Source: Bdellovibrionales bacterium
Lineage (GTDB): Bacteria; Bdellovibrionota; Bdellovibrionia; Bdellovibrionales; JAKFYE01
Assembly: GCA_965206675.1 (NCBI GenBank)
Contig: CBDBKL010000006.1
Span: forward strand, 75,834-139,833
Reading direction: 5' to 3'
Length of the DNA: 64,000 bases
The position numbers were made by a program, and so were the translations under genes. Every line of letters starts with the position of its first letter. Position 1 is the stretch's first letter. A model generated the notes under the pieces. The model was given only the letters and a program-made list of their open reading frames with translations, ran no database searches and was not told the origin of the DNA. This document shows positions 63,978 through 64,000 of this stretch, in pieces.

Positions 63978-64000
63978 GAAGACACTGCTGTCAGAAAGAA

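Overview
This is a 64-kb, visibly AT-rich bacterial chromosomal window. All calls come from reading motifs by eye. No searches, folding or statistics were run, and intergenic coordinates may be off by 1-2 nt.

(1) 1-2.2 kb, minus strand: part of an rRNA operon, ordered 16S, tRNA-Ile(GAU), start of 23S. The 16S reads like a deltaproteobacteria-type (Bdellovibrionota/Oligoflexia-like) organism, but I cannot place it without a database.

(2) 2.6-24.6 kb: housekeeping genes (FadE, TetR, ETF-QO, cytidine deaminase, class IV aminotransferase, Fur-family regulator). They are interleaved with six signal-peptide-bearing ankyrin-repeat proteins, two paralogous ~600-aa membrane proteins, a degenerate patatin-like protein carrying C9 tracts, and a structured REP/MITE-like repeat family.

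(3) 25-56 kb: a mosaic accessory/defence region around tRNA-Ala(GGC). It contains:
- a type IIG R-M gene split at a T8 run;
- a large serine recombinase whose ORF reads antisense through the tRNA;
- a three-gene operon (methyltransferase-like protein, N6A methyltransferase, GIY-YIG-like SF2 helicase);
- an IS3-family element;
- an ATPase plus PrimPol(AEP)-SF2 helicase gene pair preceded by an iteron-like array;
- an IS256-family element with an 8-bp target duplication;
- a CBASS locus (CapP/CapH-like regulators, patatin effector, CD-NTase, E2-like protein with a SEC-C tail);
- MazEF, BrnTA and a decayed RhuM gene.

(4) 57-64 kb: reductive pyrimidine catabolism genes, an orphan XRE regulator, a small IS1595-family element and a DUF4143-type ATPase.

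The best candidates for something undescribed are the ATPase + AEP-helicase pair (39.1-42.8 kb) and the three-gene methyltransferase/helicase operon (31.7-36.4 kb).
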